A stretch of 32,690 nt of DNA from the UHGV virus genome UHGV-0100625; one strand, written 5' to 3'. The notes below the pieces were generated by a model, which worked only from the letters and a program-made list of their open reading frames with translations, made no database searches and was not told the origin of the DNA. How positions within the stretch are numbered: position 1 is the first letter of the stretch; each line of letters opens with the position of its first letter. Positions 8,750-18,854 of the stretch are shown here, piece after piece. Source of the DNA: a virus. The position numbers were made by a program, and so were the translations under genes.

Positions 8750-9160
8750 TTATTGATTGGGGGTAGTGAAGTATTTGAAAAAGTCCACGGCGGCGGGATC
8801 CGTGATCACAAAAGCCGGGTAGTCCGAGACTGTAAAAATCCTGCGGCCTTTGGTCTCCGCATGGACGGCCTCAACGGTCAAAGACACCGCATCAATCATT
8901 GTATAGGCACCATCCTCCGCAAGGGTCAGGACATCTTTTCCCAGCCTTGCCCATACCTGGACGGCTTGCCAGTCCTCGCCCAGTTCCACCAGAGCGGCAA
9001 CGACGGCGGCCATGGCCGGGGTCTGGTTCGCCGGAATTTCGTCCTGCGTATAGCGGTCTATGCGGGTGTACCCGTCCGCGTCCTGATAAATGGCCGTCAA
9101 CGTGAATTCCTGCCAGTTGCCGGGCCGAGGGAACAGTATTTGTATCTCCGAAATATTCAT
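8750..9160 (-). CDS. hypothetical protein (possible fibre assembly/chaperone)
   Basis: 136-aa ORF. Its ATG at 9160-9158 overlaps the collagen-like gene stop (ATGA). No recognisable motif. Confidence 0.3.
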   Translation of the reverse strand: MNISEIQILFPRPGNWQEFTLTAIYQDADGYTRIDRYTQDEIPANQTPAMAAVVAALVELGEDWQAVQVWARLGKDVLTLAEDGAYTMIDAVSLTVEAVHAETKGRRIFTVSDYPAFVITDPAAVDFFKYFTTPNQ

Positions 9161-11118
9161 GATTCTTCAATGGGTACGTTAATATCTTCAAAAGCCGCCG
9201 TTTCTTCGGTTTCAATGGCATTGACAGCCATTGCTTCCAATGCGTGATAGGTTGGATTGGTCAATCCATTGGAATAAAGGTGCCTGGTGCCTGTGCCCGC
9301 GTCGGCTGAAAGGGCATATGTTTTCTCATTGCGCGCGTCGATAATCAGGGTGCTTACGCCTGTTCCTGCCTCGAAAGCGATGAAGCCGCGGAGAGAAGCT
9401 ATCTTGAACAGGGTATTGGTACTGCCGCCTCCCAGCTCCATATAAAGAGCCGCCTTTTCCTCCCGCACTGCTGTACTCGGCAGCCCGCTCTGCATGTAAA
9501 TAAGCCTGTTCAGCCCGTTTGGCATCAGCTCATTATGGCCTACCGGAAGAAATACGGTTGTCGTCTTCACCTGCCAGTGTCCAACGGACGATACATAAAA
9601 GATTTCCCTTACTCTGATTTCATACCCCTTGCGGACAGTATCGTAAGGAGTATTGATGGTAACATCGATGATTTCCCCATGGTTGACGGCCAGCTCGTTC
9701 CCCGGAATCATAGAATAAGAATCCATCGTCAACCCGGTTCTGTTGGTTTTTGAGCCGCGGCCTATGCCAAAAGTAAATTTAGCGAAGGCTGTCGCGTTGA
9801 CCGCAAGGGAAAATCCGCACACGGAACTGTAATTAAATTGACCGTTAGGCCCTATCAGGGGAATAACCGCTGACCCGTACGCATTGGACCCGGCAGAAGC
9901 TGCGCCCACCGAAAAACGCTGCGTCAACCCGGCAAGAGTACCGTTGGAAGATTTAGAAATGGAACCCGCGACTGTGATCGAACTGGAATTAAGGTATATA
10001 GGCTGAACCAACGCTGATACAGCACCGGCCAATCCTAACGTATAAAAGCGATTAACCGCCCCCGTATCGGTCGGCGCACCGACAGCAAGAGGGATGTTGA
10101 CGCCTCCGTTGGCGTTGATGGCGCTTGAAAACGTGGATGTCCCCGCGCAGTTGAAGCTGGCGCCCTGGCTGATATTCAGGATTCCAGTCTCTACCATGAA
10201 TGTCCCTCTCAGCCATCCGCCTGACCGAAGATCGACCGACTGGTAAAACCGGGTGATCCCGTAAATCTGATTCAGCGTGCCGGCGCTTCCGCTGCCGTCC
10301 GGGTTGTTGACCACCAGAGGCCCGTTCACGGTAGCTGACTCCGCGGTCAGGGCTCCCCCGATATTCACATCGCCAACGTTGGATGTCAGAGTACCAGGAT
10401 CTCCCTTTTCCCCTTGAGGGCCCTGGGGCCCCACCGGACCTTCCGGCCCCTGCGGGCCTTCGGGACCTTGCGGGCCGGCCGGGCCCGTATCTCCCTTCGG
10501 TCCCTGCTCTCCCGTTTCGCCCTGCGGCCCCCGTTCCCCGGTTTCGCCGCGGGGGCCCTGCGGCCCTTCGGGGCCGGTTTCGCCCCGTTCTCCCTGCGGG
10601 CCTGCCGGCCCTTCGGGACCGACATCCCCGCGGGGAATGGTGAAGGAGAGCTTATAGGAGCCGGCAGCCTCCCCTTTGACGGCTTCCGCGGCGGCGGGCG
10701 TCCCCGGCTCCCCGGTGGTGACTTCGTCAACGGACAGGCTAAAATTCTCCGCGTACTTCTTGGCCTGTTCCGCGTACCAGGCGGCGCTGGACGCATTATC
10801 AAGCACTACCTGCACGCAGCCGCTTCCTTCCGGCAGCTGCACGACGACCGCGCCCGCCACAGCCTGCTGCTCGCCGGGCAAGTCCGGCGTTACCCGGCCC
10901 GAAGAAACAAAGCAACCGTAGAGAAGGGGGCTTTCTTCGCTGCCGTCGTCCATGAAGACGTCATAGGACCACATGCCCGCAGGCACCGACTCCCAGGAAA
11001 TCACGCCGTTTCCCTCGTCGTCTCGGGAAAATCCGAACTCCGTCACGCCCGTCTTGAGGCGGACGGCTCCGCGCAGGGTGACGCCGCTCATATCGACGGG
11101 GTCGCCCTGGAAATCCAC
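9157..11118 (-). CDS. collagen-like (G-X-Y repeat) fibre protein
   Basis: 653 aa with about 26 consecutive GXY triplets ([28 protein letters not shown]...) encoded around 10390-10640. These are flanked by an N-terminal domain and a large beta-rich C-terminal domain. Confidence 0.7.
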   Translation of the reverse strand: MDFQGDPVDMSGVTLRGAVRLKTGVTEFGFSRDDEGNGVISWESVPAGMWSYDVFMDDGSEESPLLYGCFVSSGRVTPDLPGEQQAVAGAVVVQLPEGSGCVQVVLDNASSAAWYAEQAKKYAENFSLSVDEVTTGEPGTPAAAEAVKGEAAGSYKLSFTIPRGDVGPEGPAGPQGERGETGPEGPQGPRGETGERGPQGETGEQGPKGDTGPAGPQGPEGPQGPEGPVGPQGPQGEKGDPGTLTSNVGDVNIGGALTAESATVNGPLVVNNPDGSGSAGTLNQIYGITRFYQSVDLRSGGWLRGTFMVETGILNISQGASFNCAGTSTFSSAINANGGVNIPLAVGAPTDTGAVNRFYTLGLAGAVSALVQPIYLNSSSITVAGSISKSSNGTLAGLTQRFSVGAASAGSNAYGSAVIPLIGPNGQFNYSSVCGFSLAVNATAFAKFTFGIGRGSKTNRTGLTMDSYSMIPGNELAVNHGEIIDVTINTPYDTVRKGYEIRVREIFYVSSVGHWQVKTTTVFLPVGHNELMPNGLNRLIYMQSGLPSTAVREEKAALYMELGGGSTNTLFKIASLRGFIAFEAGTGVSTLIIDARNEKTYALSADAGTGTRHLYSNGLTNPTYHALEAMAVNAIETEETAAFEDINVPIEES

Positions 11119-11188
11119 GACGCGGACGACCAGGGACTGGTTCAGCCCCGTGACGGTCCTGATATCATATTTGCCTGCCTGCTGCCTG

Positions 11189-11223
11189 AAAAAAACAAGG
11201 ATGCGGGGGCGTCATCCGCCCCC
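11189..11223 (-). terminator. rho-independent terminator (partial/attenuator)
   Basis: Minus-strand RNA GGGGGCG-GAUGA-CGCCCCC (alternative stem GGAUG...CAUCC) followed by UUGUUUUUUU. It lies between the 185-aa gene and the collagen-like gene. Confidence 0.4.
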
Positions 11224-11235
11224 TGGTGAAACACG

Positions 11236-11793
11236 TCAGGAACCCGGCGTCGTGGTCACGTCCTGCACATTGGAGGGCGTGAACTGGTACTTGCCGCGAT
11301 AATCCATTTCGAACTCGAACTGTGGTGAAGCAATCGCCGTGGTGTGCTCAGGGTCCTGCAGCAGGCGCAAGGCGCCATGCGCCGTTCCGACCAGATAGAT
11401 CGTACCCACGTCATTCTGATACCAGAAATGAAGATACCCTTCGATCTTGTTGTCGCCGCCATGTCCGACGGTGGTCGATTCCTCGCCATTAGCGGGAGGC
11501 GCTCCCAGGGCGAAAGACAGCTGGAACCATTCGGGAGACATGTCCGGCGTGGTGAAGGTCATCCGCTTTCCGGTCGTCGTGTTCTTGCGCTGCTGGCGAT
11601 ATCCCAGCGCGCCTCCGTAAAAGCGCGTTACTTCCCCTTCGACCTGGGTGGCAACGGATTGGAAAGCCCCCAAAAGCCCGAAACTCACCCAAGGCTGTTC
11701 AGGCCCGGCTGTCGGATCGGCGGGCGGAGCCGTGGGAGGCGTCGGAAACTGGTCCGGGCCGGTGACGTAAGAAGCTCCCTCGTCTTCGGTCAC
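11236..11793 (-). CDS. hypothetical virion protein (possibly a highly expressed structural protein)
   Basis: 185-aa ORF immediately followed by the hairpin plus U-tract. No motif recognised. Confidence 0.4.
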   Translation of the reverse strand: MTEDEGASYVTGPDQFPTPPTAPPADPTAGPEQPWVSFGLLGAFQSVATQVEGEVTRFYGGALGYRQQRKNTTTGKRMTFTTPDMSPEWFQLSFALGAPPANGEESTTVGHGGDNKIEGYLHFWYQNDVGTIYLVGTAHGALRLLQDPEHTTAIASPQFEFEMDYRGKYQFTPSNVQDVTTTPGS

Positions 11794-11900
11794 CTTGATG
11801 CCGTCGGGGAGGAAAATCGCCAGAACGCCGGTAATCTGCGGCGTTACATTGCGGTTGGTAAATGTGGGATCGTATGTAGTAGCCCTGATGCTTGAAATGG

Positions 11901-12098
11901 TTAGTAGATGATGGTTGCCTTGCCGTCGGCTTCCAGCTTATCGGCGAGTTCTTTCGTAACACGAATATGCGCTCCTTTCAAGAACGTTGAACGCCCTATG
12001 CGCACTTCTTTGGCGAGAATGAGGATGTTCGTGTTGATGACGGCGGCCTGCTCCGTCTTCTTTTCCGGTTCGGTGTTGGCTGCAGCTGCTTTGCTCAT
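11901..12098 (-). CDS. small hypothetical protein
   Basis: 65 aa. ATGA overlap (12098-12095) with the upstream gene. Confidence 0.3.
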   Translation of the reverse strand: MSKAAAANTEPEKKTEQAAVINTNILILAKEVRIGRSTFLKGAHIRVTKELADKLEADGKATIIY

Positions 12099-12361
12099 TT
12101 GATGTCAACGAGGTTAAGGGTGGACAGAGCTTCCGCGACGTTCGCGGGAAGTTCCGGGGTATCGGTTTTCATGGAGAGGCTGAGAACCAGCCCTCCGTCC
12201 AGTTCGGCGCGGGTGCGAATGACCCGCACGGCCTTCTTGTCAGTTGTTTTCTTCTTTTCGTCCGGTGCGGACGGCGTTTTGCCGGCGGTTTCGGAAGATT
12301 CGTCCGGCTTCGGGGCGCTCTTCCGCACGGCCTTCTTGTCAGTTGCTGATGCTTTGTTCAT
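12095..12361 (-). CDS. lysine-rich small protein with internal repeat
   Basis: 88 aa. K/P/S-rich disordered N-terminus with repeated TDKKAVR, encoded by a 23-bp direct DNA repeat. Folded C-terminus. Confidence 0.4.
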   Translation of the reverse strand: MNKASATDKKAVRKSAPKPDESSETAGKTPSAPDEKKKTTDKKAVRVIRTRAELDGGLVLSLSMKTDTPELPANVAEALSTLNLVDIK

Positions 12362-12869
12362 AGAATTCTGGCTTGGTTCTCATGTTAATATTAACCGGGA
12401 CACGGTAATCCACGGTCAAAACGTTCATTTGCCGCTTCTCGCCGTCAATGATGGCAGAGGAGGAAAAACGGCCTTTGATTTTGGGTTTCATCATCGCCGG
12501 TGCGGAAAAGGGAAGAGGATTCCAGTTCCACAGGGCTTCTTCAATCACGTCCCCCACCGCCCGAAGATAATAATCAGGCGTCAGGCATGCCGCCGGGAAC
12601 AGGGACGCATTGTGATAAATGGAGGCGATGATGAAATACTGACGCCACATCGTCGGCGCTTCCGTTTGTCCGTGCCCGTCCTGGTATTCTGCCGCGTCCC
12701 CGGGACACACCAGAACAACGCCGTTGTTGCCCATCGCCGACATGATGATGTCGTTGGCGGCGTACTGTGGATCGAAGGGCCGTTCGAAGATGTGGCAGTT
12801 CAGCGCTCCCAGGCTCTTGAGGCGCTCAATGAGGCGCCGGCACATGGTTTGGTCGATGGAGGGTATCAT
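12339..12869 (-). CDS. hypothetical phage structural protein
   Basis: Maximal ORF 12339..12977. The ATG at 12869 gives an ATGA overlap with the upstream stop (12868-12866), so a 176-aa product was chosen. Confidence 0.4.
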   Translation of the reverse strand: MIPSIDQTMCRRLIERLKSLGALNCHIFERPFDPQYAANDIIMSAMGNNGVVLVCPGDAAEYQDGHGQTEAPTMWRQYFIIASIYHNASLFPAACLTPDYYLRAVGDVIEEALWNWNPLPFSAPAMMKPKIKGRFSSSAIIDGEKRQMNVLTVDYRVPVNINMRTKPEFYEQSISN

Positions 12870-13534
12870 GGTTCGTTGTTTACGATGTTGGCAAGGTAGG
12901 TTTCCGCGGCGCGCTGCGCCATCAGTTCCATCGTCGGGAGAATTCCCGGCGTGGGCGGGATCGTGACTTCGCGGCACAGCACGTAGAGCACGTCGCCCGT
13001 TCTGGCTCCCTGCCGGAACAGCTTGCGGGCCGCTTTCTTTCCGGTGGCTGATTGCGCCGCCTTAAGGATGAGGACGCCGGTCACATTGCCGTTGCGTCCG
13101 CCGTTTTTGGAGGGGATGAATTGCAAGTCCTCTTTGCGGAAGCCGGCGCTGTAAATGCTCCGGGCTCCGCCATGGCCGCGGGGGGCGTTGATGGTGGGGA
13201 TAGCCAGGTTCCGGATCGGGTTCCCGGTGATTTCCGAGGTGCGCCCCGTGGGGCGGAGCGGGCCGCCCAGATAACCCTGCGTGCCGATCCAGTGAAGACC
13301 GATGCCGCGCCAGGCGATGGAGACGCTGACGCCCTCGGCGGTTTCTTCCATCGTGGTGGCGTCCGCCGCTCCGTCGTAGTAGTCCTTGCCCTGCTGTCTC
13401 AGGGTTTCCTGGATGAGCAGGCTCAAGGCGACGCCGGCCTTGCGGATGGCGGTTTTGTGCCGGGCCGCAGACGGATCCATGTCGGCAAACGTCCGGTCAA
13501 TCGCGGTTTGGTCAATATGGACGGTTACAGCCAT
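12866..13534 (-). CDS. hypothetical phage structural protein
   Basis: 222 aa, GC-rich, in operon. Confidence 0.4.
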   Translation of the reverse strand: MAVTVHIDQTAIDRTFADMDPSAARHKTAIRKAGVALSLLIQETLRQQGKDYYDGAADATTMEETAEGVSVSIAWRGIGLHWIGTQGYLGGPLRPTGRTSEITGNPIRNLAIPTINAPRGHGGARSIYSAGFRKEDLQFIPSKNGGRNGNVTGVLILKAAQSATGKKAARKLFRQGARTGDVLYVLCREVTIPPTPGILPTMELMAQRAAETYLANIVNNEP

Positions 13535-14661
13535 TTGGAGGGTAAAACGTAAGGGGTAGGCAGTTCCACGCGGAGGGCTCCGGCAACGTCTTCCACTTTC
13601 TTGACGTGCCCGGAATTAAGGCGCCAGGTGAATTCCCCCTCTTCCTTTGGGGAAACGGGGATATACTGGCGGGAGGTCGCGGCGGCCACGTCTGCGGGCC
13701 GGGCGTACCAGACGCCTTCCGGCTCGGAGGACAGGCGGTCCAGCAGGCGGTCCAGGTAGAGGGCCGCCAGCGTTCCGGCCACGGCTCCCCCGGCTGCCGC
13801 CAGGCTGAAGGCCTGGGCCTGGCGCAAGGGGATCTCTTCCGGGAAATCCCCGGACAGGACGTCCGCCAGTTCCGCGTCCGTGTAAGGGCGCGTGCCGTTC
13901 GGGTCCGTGTAGGCAAAGGTGGTATTGCCGTCGTTCCCGGTCTTGACGCGCACGGCGTCTTTCAGGATGCGGCGGATCTTGTTCCTGTTGGATTCCGTCA
14001 CGCCTTTGGCGTTGCTTTCCAAGGTTGCGTTGAAGCTGGGGGGAGCGGGACGGACGCGCGACACGGCCAGCCCGGCCGCGCGGGCTTCTTCGGCGCCCAC
14101 GGGGGCAATGTTCATGCCGGACAGGTAGTCAAAGGGCGGGTAAGGCGTGCCAAAGCGCGAAAGGCGGATCCAGATATCGGAGGCCGCCAGCGCATAGCCG
14201 ACGATTTCCCCGCGGATGAAGCCGGATGATACCGCTTCCGTGGCTTCTTCTTCCAGCCCGGCCCGGGCACGGTTCCAGCGTTCGGCCCAATAGCGCGGGT
14301 CTTCCCGCCCCTGGGAGCGGTAAAATTTGAAGGCGGCCGTGTCTTCGTCCTGCATCCAGTTATACCAGTTCCGGTAGCCGTGAGCCATGGCCGCGTTAGT
14401 TTCCATGACGACCTGGATGCGGACCCATGAGGACAAATCCTGAATGCCTCCCTGCCCCGTCGCCGGGGGGCGGTAGCCCTGCTGGCGCAGGGCTTCGCGG
14501 ATGGCCCGCTGCGCTTCCTCGTAGCTCAAGGCCCCCGAGGCGACCTGGGACGCCTTGTCCTCAAAATCGGACAGGATGACGCCGGGTTCCACCCCGGACA
14601 CGAAGAAGGCGCGTTCGGCGTAGTCGTTGGCGATCATCTCCATTTGGGCGGCGGTCATCAT
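13525..14661 (-). CDS. hypothetical virion/morphogenesis protein
   Basis: 378 aa. ATGA overlap with the upstream gene at 14661-14658. No motif confidently recognised. Confidence 0.4.
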   Translation of the reverse strand: MMTAAQMEMIANDYAERAFFVSGVEPGVILSDFEDKASQVASGALSYEEAQRAIREALRQQGYRPPATGQGGIQDLSSWVRIQVVMETNAAMAHGYRNWYNWMQDEDTAAFKFYRSQGREDPRYWAERWNRARAGLEEEATEAVSSGFIRGEIVGYALAASDIWIRLSRFGTPYPPFDYLSGMNIAPVGAEEARAAGLAVSRVRPAPPSFNATLESNAKGVTESNRNKIRRILKDAVRVKTGNDGNTTFAYTDPNGTRPYTDAELADVLSGDFPEEIPLRQAQAFSLAAAGGAVAGTLAALYLDRLLDRLSSEPEGVWYARPADVAAATSRQYIPVSPKEEGEFTWRLNSGHVKKVEDVAGALRVELPTPYVLPSKWL

Positions 14662-15134
14662 CGGTAGGTGCTTCGCATGGGGTTGAACCAGGGGCGGCGC
14701 GTGTAGCGCGGCATCATGTAGGCGGGATCCGCGGGCGCGGAGCCGTCCACGCTTTCCGGCAGCATGTCCCCTTTGGCGTAGAGCGCCAGCATCGCGTCCG
14801 CCGATTCGGCGGCCTTCTGGCGCGTCTCGGTCAGGTTAAGCTGGTAGCGCAGGTAGAGCTGCCGGATGATCAGCGGCCATGCCAGGGACCGCATGCTTTG
14901 CGGAATGTCGTACATGCCGCTGTTCTGGAGCGATTGCCGCAGGGCGAGGTTGTTGGCCAGCGCCCCGCGGATGGTCATGCAGACATCGTTGACCGCCTCC
15001 ATCATGACATCCCGGTAGTCCAGGCTGCGCTGTTCCCCGGCTGTTACCAGGGCATCGCGTTCGGCGGTGTTGAGGCCGAGGAGCCGATCGGCTTCATCGG
15101 TGGAAATCGTGGACCACGCGGGAAAGGCGGACAT
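14658..15134 (-). CDS. putative head-tail connector/head completion protein
   Basis: 158 aa, directly downstream of the major capsid gene. Assignment is positional. Confidence 0.35.
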   Translation of the reverse strand: MSAFPAWSTISTDEADRLLGLNTAERDALVTAGEQRSLDYRDVMMEAVNDVCMTIRGALANNLALRQSLQNSGMYDIPQSMRSLAWPLIIRQLYLRYQLNLTETRQKAAESADAMLALYAKGDMLPESVDGSAPADPAYMMPRYTRRPWFNPMRSTYR

Positions 15135-15155
15135 GATGGAGGCGGGCGTTGGGGG

Positions 15156-15992
15156 TTAATCGGAGGAGGCCGTGTTGATGCGGATAATGGCGCCGGGGTT
15201 GGTCAGCTTGGTCAGCGAGTAGACCCGGTTGGTCACCTTCGTTTCCTTGTTGGTCGGGAAGTATTCCGTCGTTACTTCCCGCTGGAATTGACCATTAAGC
15301 GCAAAGGTCTTGATTGCCGAAGCGTCAAACTGCGTCGGAGAATCCTCCTTATAGAGGATATAGACGTCGTCTTCCATCATCGTCTTTCCTTGACCGGACG
15401 GATCATAGAAAGGCATGTTATTGACGAAGACTTCATTCATCCGCATGTACAATGATCTGTTCAACAGATCTTCATTGAAGAGGCCGACGCTGTTATATGA
15501 CACCACCTCTCTTGCCAGCGGATTCGCCCGAAGACGGGCCCAGGCATTGGCGCCGAAAACAATGGTATTCGGCATTTTCCCGGCAGTGGCGTTGATGGTG
15601 CGGATCGCATTGTCCAAATCCGTCAGCGGGTTTTTCTGCGCATTGTCCCAATCACCGTAACCGGAAGCTGCCGGAACCTGGCTTTCGATGAGCTTGGCGC
15701 GCTGATATTCGTACGACGTGACGAATTTCGATTCCAGGAACCGGGCATGGGCGAGCAGAATCGCCTGCGCCTTCTCCCTGTTGACCCCCAGCAGAATATC
15801 GGGAATCGGATCCGTCAGCGCGTAACCTTGAAGGGTGTCGGTTTCGTTCCTTCCGAGCATGGAAGTCTGGCGGGGCGGTTCGCCCGGCGCGACCTGGATG
15901 GGCTCCACCGTAAACGCGGCCGGCGTATCCCAAACCATATACTGGAAGGAAATATCGTAAACCGGAACAAGCGGAGCGATGCGGTTGATCAT
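15156..15992 (-). CDS. major capsid protein (lambda gpE-like family)
   Basis: 278 aa. The segment NTIVFGANAWARLRANP parallels the lambda E motif IIVFDPKGWALFR. The gene follows the protease/scaffold gene and a small head protein. ATG at 15992 checked. Confidence 0.6.
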   Translation of the reverse strand: MINRIAPLVPVYDISFQYMVWDTPAAFTVEPIQVAPGEPPRQTSMLGRNETDTLQGYALTDPIPDILLGVNREKAQAILLAHARFLESKFVTSYEYQRAKLIESQVPAASGYGDWDNAQKNPLTDLDNAIRTINATAGKMPNTIVFGANAWARLRANPLAREVVSYNSVGLFNEDLLNRSLYMRMNEVFVNNMPFYDPSGQGKTMMEDDVYILYKEDSPTQFDASAIKTFALNGQFQREVTTEYFPTNKETKVTNRVYSLTKLTNPGAIIRINTASSD

Positions 15993-16112
15993 GGAATCCC
16001 GTTCCGTATTCCCCGCGCCAACGGAGAAAGAGGTCAGGACGTCCGTGAACTGATAAGCTGAATAAAATAGATTAGCCCTTGTGGTTGGTCTTTCTAATGG
16101 TTAGAGGTGATT

Positions 16113-16544
16113 TCAGGCTGCTGCAACCTGGTATTGAGCGACAAACCCGATTTCTATTTTCCCCGGCTCCCAACGGTTATGGATGGCTCGTCCATAGACG
16201 GTTTCTCCGCTGGCAGCGGCTTTCCAGGTCCCGTTGGCGGTGATGGTCACCGGCGTTCCTACGCTGATCGTTCCGGGAGTCTCGGCAAGAGACGCTTTGG
16301 CCAGACCAGCGAACATGCCGACCAGCACGGCGCAGCAGGTGCCACGGTCGGGCTGAATTTGAGTAACGAGCCCTAGCAGCTGGTCCTGGGTGGGAAGAGC
16401 CGTCAGCGGGGTTCCGATCAGCTCGGGAATATCCGGGTTTCCGGTCAGCGCGACGACGCATCCTTCCAGGGCGGACAGGTCAACGCCTTCCGGCGCGTTG
16501 AAGTAGACTTCGGCGTCTGTTTGGGTGATGTTGATTGATGGCAT
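16113..16544 (-). CDS. small beta-rich head protein (DUF2190-like decoration/cement candidate)
   Basis: 143 aa between the protease/scaffold and the capsid gene. Gly/Thr/Val-rich pattern. Confidence 0.35.
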   Translation of the reverse strand: MPSINITQTDAEVYFNAPEGVDLSALEGCVVALTGNPDIPELIGTPLTALPTQDQLLGLVTQIQPDRGTCCAVLVGMFAGLAKASLAETPGTISVGTPVTITANGTWKAAASGETVYGRAIHNRWEPGKIEIGFVAQYQVAAA

Positions 16545-16564
16545 TGGTTTTTAGCGGTTAGTGG

Positions 16565-17686
16565 TTATCGTTCGTTGACAACAATGAAGCCTTCTTTGGT
16601 CGCTTTCTGGCAGGCGTCATAGCGCTTCATTCCTTCCTTCATGAGTTCGTTCACGCGGTTGTTGAATCCGTCAATGGATTCCTTCTTGCGGAACGGATCA
16701 GGGGGATTCAGAGTCGCGCGGCGGTTCAGAGGCGTCCTTTGCGGAAGCTTCTTCTGCTCCGGCTGCTCCTGTTTCGGTGCGGGCGCCTGGCGGTTGAGCG
16801 CACGGATAAAAGCGTTCAGCGCGGCGGGGCTTTCCCGGAGCGAGTTTTTCAGCTCTTCCCGGCGTTCTTCCGTGAATTCCTCGCGTTCTTCCTCGTCCAG
16901 CGCGTTTTCGTACGTGCTGACGGCGTCGTCCACTTCGGCGTTCACGTGGTCTTTCTCGCGCTTTTCCAGCGAGAGCAGTTCATCAAGTCGTCCGAGGATC
17001 GCCCTGCTCATGTCGTCGGTGCCGTCAAATTCGACATCCAGCTTGTCAAGCAGGGAATCGAACAGGGCCCGCTGGGCCTTGTCCATCTCCTTGGACGGAT
17101 ATTCTCTATCGTCGTTGTCCATATTGGTGTTCTGGGTTGTTTCCCCCTCTTCGCGGGGCTTTTGGTGTTTGGGTTCGCCCCCGGCCTCGTCGGAGGCGGG
17201 GGAAGTCTGTCGGTTGACCAGCGGCCGCTTTCCCTTGATGCGCGGCCGGTTGGTCAGGGCGAAGCCGGTCAGGCGCGACGGTCGGTAAACGCCGTCCGTC
17301 AAGGTCATCCCTTCGCCGTATTCCGTGGATGACTGCGTGTATTCCTTGTCCTGCAGCATTTGCAGGCCGCGGGGCGTCCATTCAATGAAGCCGTAGAGTT
17401 CCAGCGTTCCGGAAGGATCTCGGTAGGTGTCCAGCCTCTTGAGCCATCCAAGCGCGCGCGTATCGCGGGAAAGGTCGTGGCTCAGGTGGTCGCCGTCGAT
17501 GAGCATGCCCGGGCCGTCAAAGGTGCGGGCGTTGAAGTCGTCCACCATGTCCCGGATCGCCTGCTCGTCGATGCGCAGCACGGCGGGTCCTTCGCCGTAG
17601 TCGACGTCATGGTCTCCGCTCTTCTCAATGTGGAACCAGCCGTTGGCGGGTCGGGACAGGTCATTGATTTGTTTTGTACTGATCAT
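16565..17686 (-). CDS. Mu gpI-like prohead protease with C-terminal scaffold-like coiled coil
   Basis: N-terminus PANGWFHIEKSGDH...GPAVLRIDEQAIRDMVDDFN...GMLIDGDHLSHD fits the Mu-like prophage I protein pattern (P.GW...G...GP...EAI...IDYEH). C-terminal 150 aa are charged coiled coil (EEEREEFTEERREELKNSL). Confidence 0.5.
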   Translation of the reverse strand: MISTKQINDLSRPANGWFHIEKSGDHDVDYGEGPAVLRIDEQAIRDMVDDFNARTFDGPGMLIDGDHLSHDLSRDTRALGWLKRLDTYRDPSGTLELYGFIEWTPRGLQMLQDKEYTQSSTEYGEGMTLTDGVYRPSRLTGFALTNRPRIKGKRPLVNRQTSPASDEAGGEPKHQKPREEGETTQNTNMDNDDREYPSKEMDKAQRALFDSLLDKLDVEFDGTDDMSRAILGRLDELLSLEKREKDHVNAEVDDAVSTYENALDEEEREEFTEERREELKNSLRESPAALNAFIRALNRQAPAPKQEQPEQKKLPQRTPLNRRATLNPPDPFRKKESIDGFNNRVNELMKEGMKRYDACQKATKEGFIVVNER

Positions 17687-18854
17687 CGGTAAATCCTTTC
17701 ATGAGGCCGGCGTAAATCATTTGCTGCAGCTGTTCATAGGCATCGGGCGGAATGAGGGATGCGGGGCCATCCCTGTTGACTGCCGCCGCCGTCGGCACGG
17801 GCTCCCTCGTGTCCTCGATCGACATGCCGATCTTTTCTTCGATTTCGGTTTTCTCCGGACGGACGCCTCCGTCCGCAAGGGCGGCGATTTCCTCGGCCTT
17901 TTGCAGGGGCGTCTGGACGGTGTCAAAGGTGATGTGGAGGCGGGCCAGCGGTTCGCCGTCTCCCAATATAAGCGGGCTGATGGCGGTGTTGAACGCTTCC
18001 GCCACTTTGGAGCAGACGGCGGAGACCACCGCGTTCCAGCTGTCCGTATGAGCGGACCCGGCCAGCGTGCCTGATCCTGATTCATTCAGGACGGTCAGGG
18101 TTCCGGCCATGACAAAACGCACCTGGTCTTTGTCGGCCATGTTGATGCGCGAGAGAAAATAGTTTTCATTGATGTTGGACGCATTGAGGGGGGCGGCGGG
18201 GCTTTCAGGAGGCAGCACGACGGAGGCGCCGGATTTAAGCTGCTCACAGGCCCGTTCCATGGCGTCCATGACGGCGGGACTCGCGTCCTTGGGGGCGTTG
18301 ATGATGACCGGGGCGCTTCCATAGCGGTCCATATGGTTGTCCCATGTGATTTTCGCGTGGTTGCGTTCAAAAGAAGCGCGAGCGGCGGGGAACAGGATGG
18401 GATACTGGTGTTCCATCACGACGAGCGTTTCGTCTTCCACGCTTTCCCCGGTGTCGACGCCGATATAGCACTGGGGGTTGAACTGCCACTCGTTCAACAC
18501 TCCCGGCCGCACCCAATAGCGCTGCGGGATGAATTCAAAGCGGCGCCCCCATGAATCCTCGATGTATTGGAGGTGGGCGTACCCGTAAAACATAGCGGAG
18601 GCCAACTGCCCAAAGGCCTGTTGAAGTCCGGTGACGGAGTGATAGAATTCTTCCAGCGCGTTCTGCTGACGCTGGGCTTCCGGGCTGTCGTCCGCGGCGT
18701 CAATCTTCCATCCCTGCATGGAGACGCTTTCGATAAGCCGGGAGTAGAGCATGCCCAGCAGCCCGTCCGAATAAATGATTTCATCCCAGATCAGCATTTG
18801 CCGGGCAAAGGCTCCCCGCCGGGCTTCATTCCGGGCCTCCACAAGAGTGCTCAA
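17661..18854 (-). CDS. portal protein (Mu gp29/DUF935-like)
   Basis: 397-aa ORF between TerL and the protease/scaffold. The track start is a TTG; the first ATG is at 18797. The same reading frame stays open and protein-like upstream to 19109. Confidence 0.5.
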   Translation of the reverse strand: MSTLVEARNEARRGAFARQMLIWDEIIYSDGLLGMLYSRLIESVSMQGWKIDAADDSPEAQRQQNALEEFYHSVTGLQQAFGQLASAMFYGYAHLQYIEDSWGRRFEFIPQRYWVRPGVLNEWQFNPQCYIGVDTGESVEDETLVVMEHQYPILFPAARASFERNHAKITWDNHMDRYGSAPVIINAPKDASPAVMDAMERACEQLKSGASVVLPPESPAAPLNASNINENYFLSRINMADKDQVRFVMAGTLTVLNESGSGTLAGSAHTDSWNAVVSAVCSKVAEAFNTAISPLILGDGEPLARLHITFDTVQTPLQKAEEIAALADGGVRPEKTEIEEKIGMSIEDTREPVPTAAAVNRDGPASLIPPDAYEQLQQMIYAGLMKGFTDDQYKTNQ

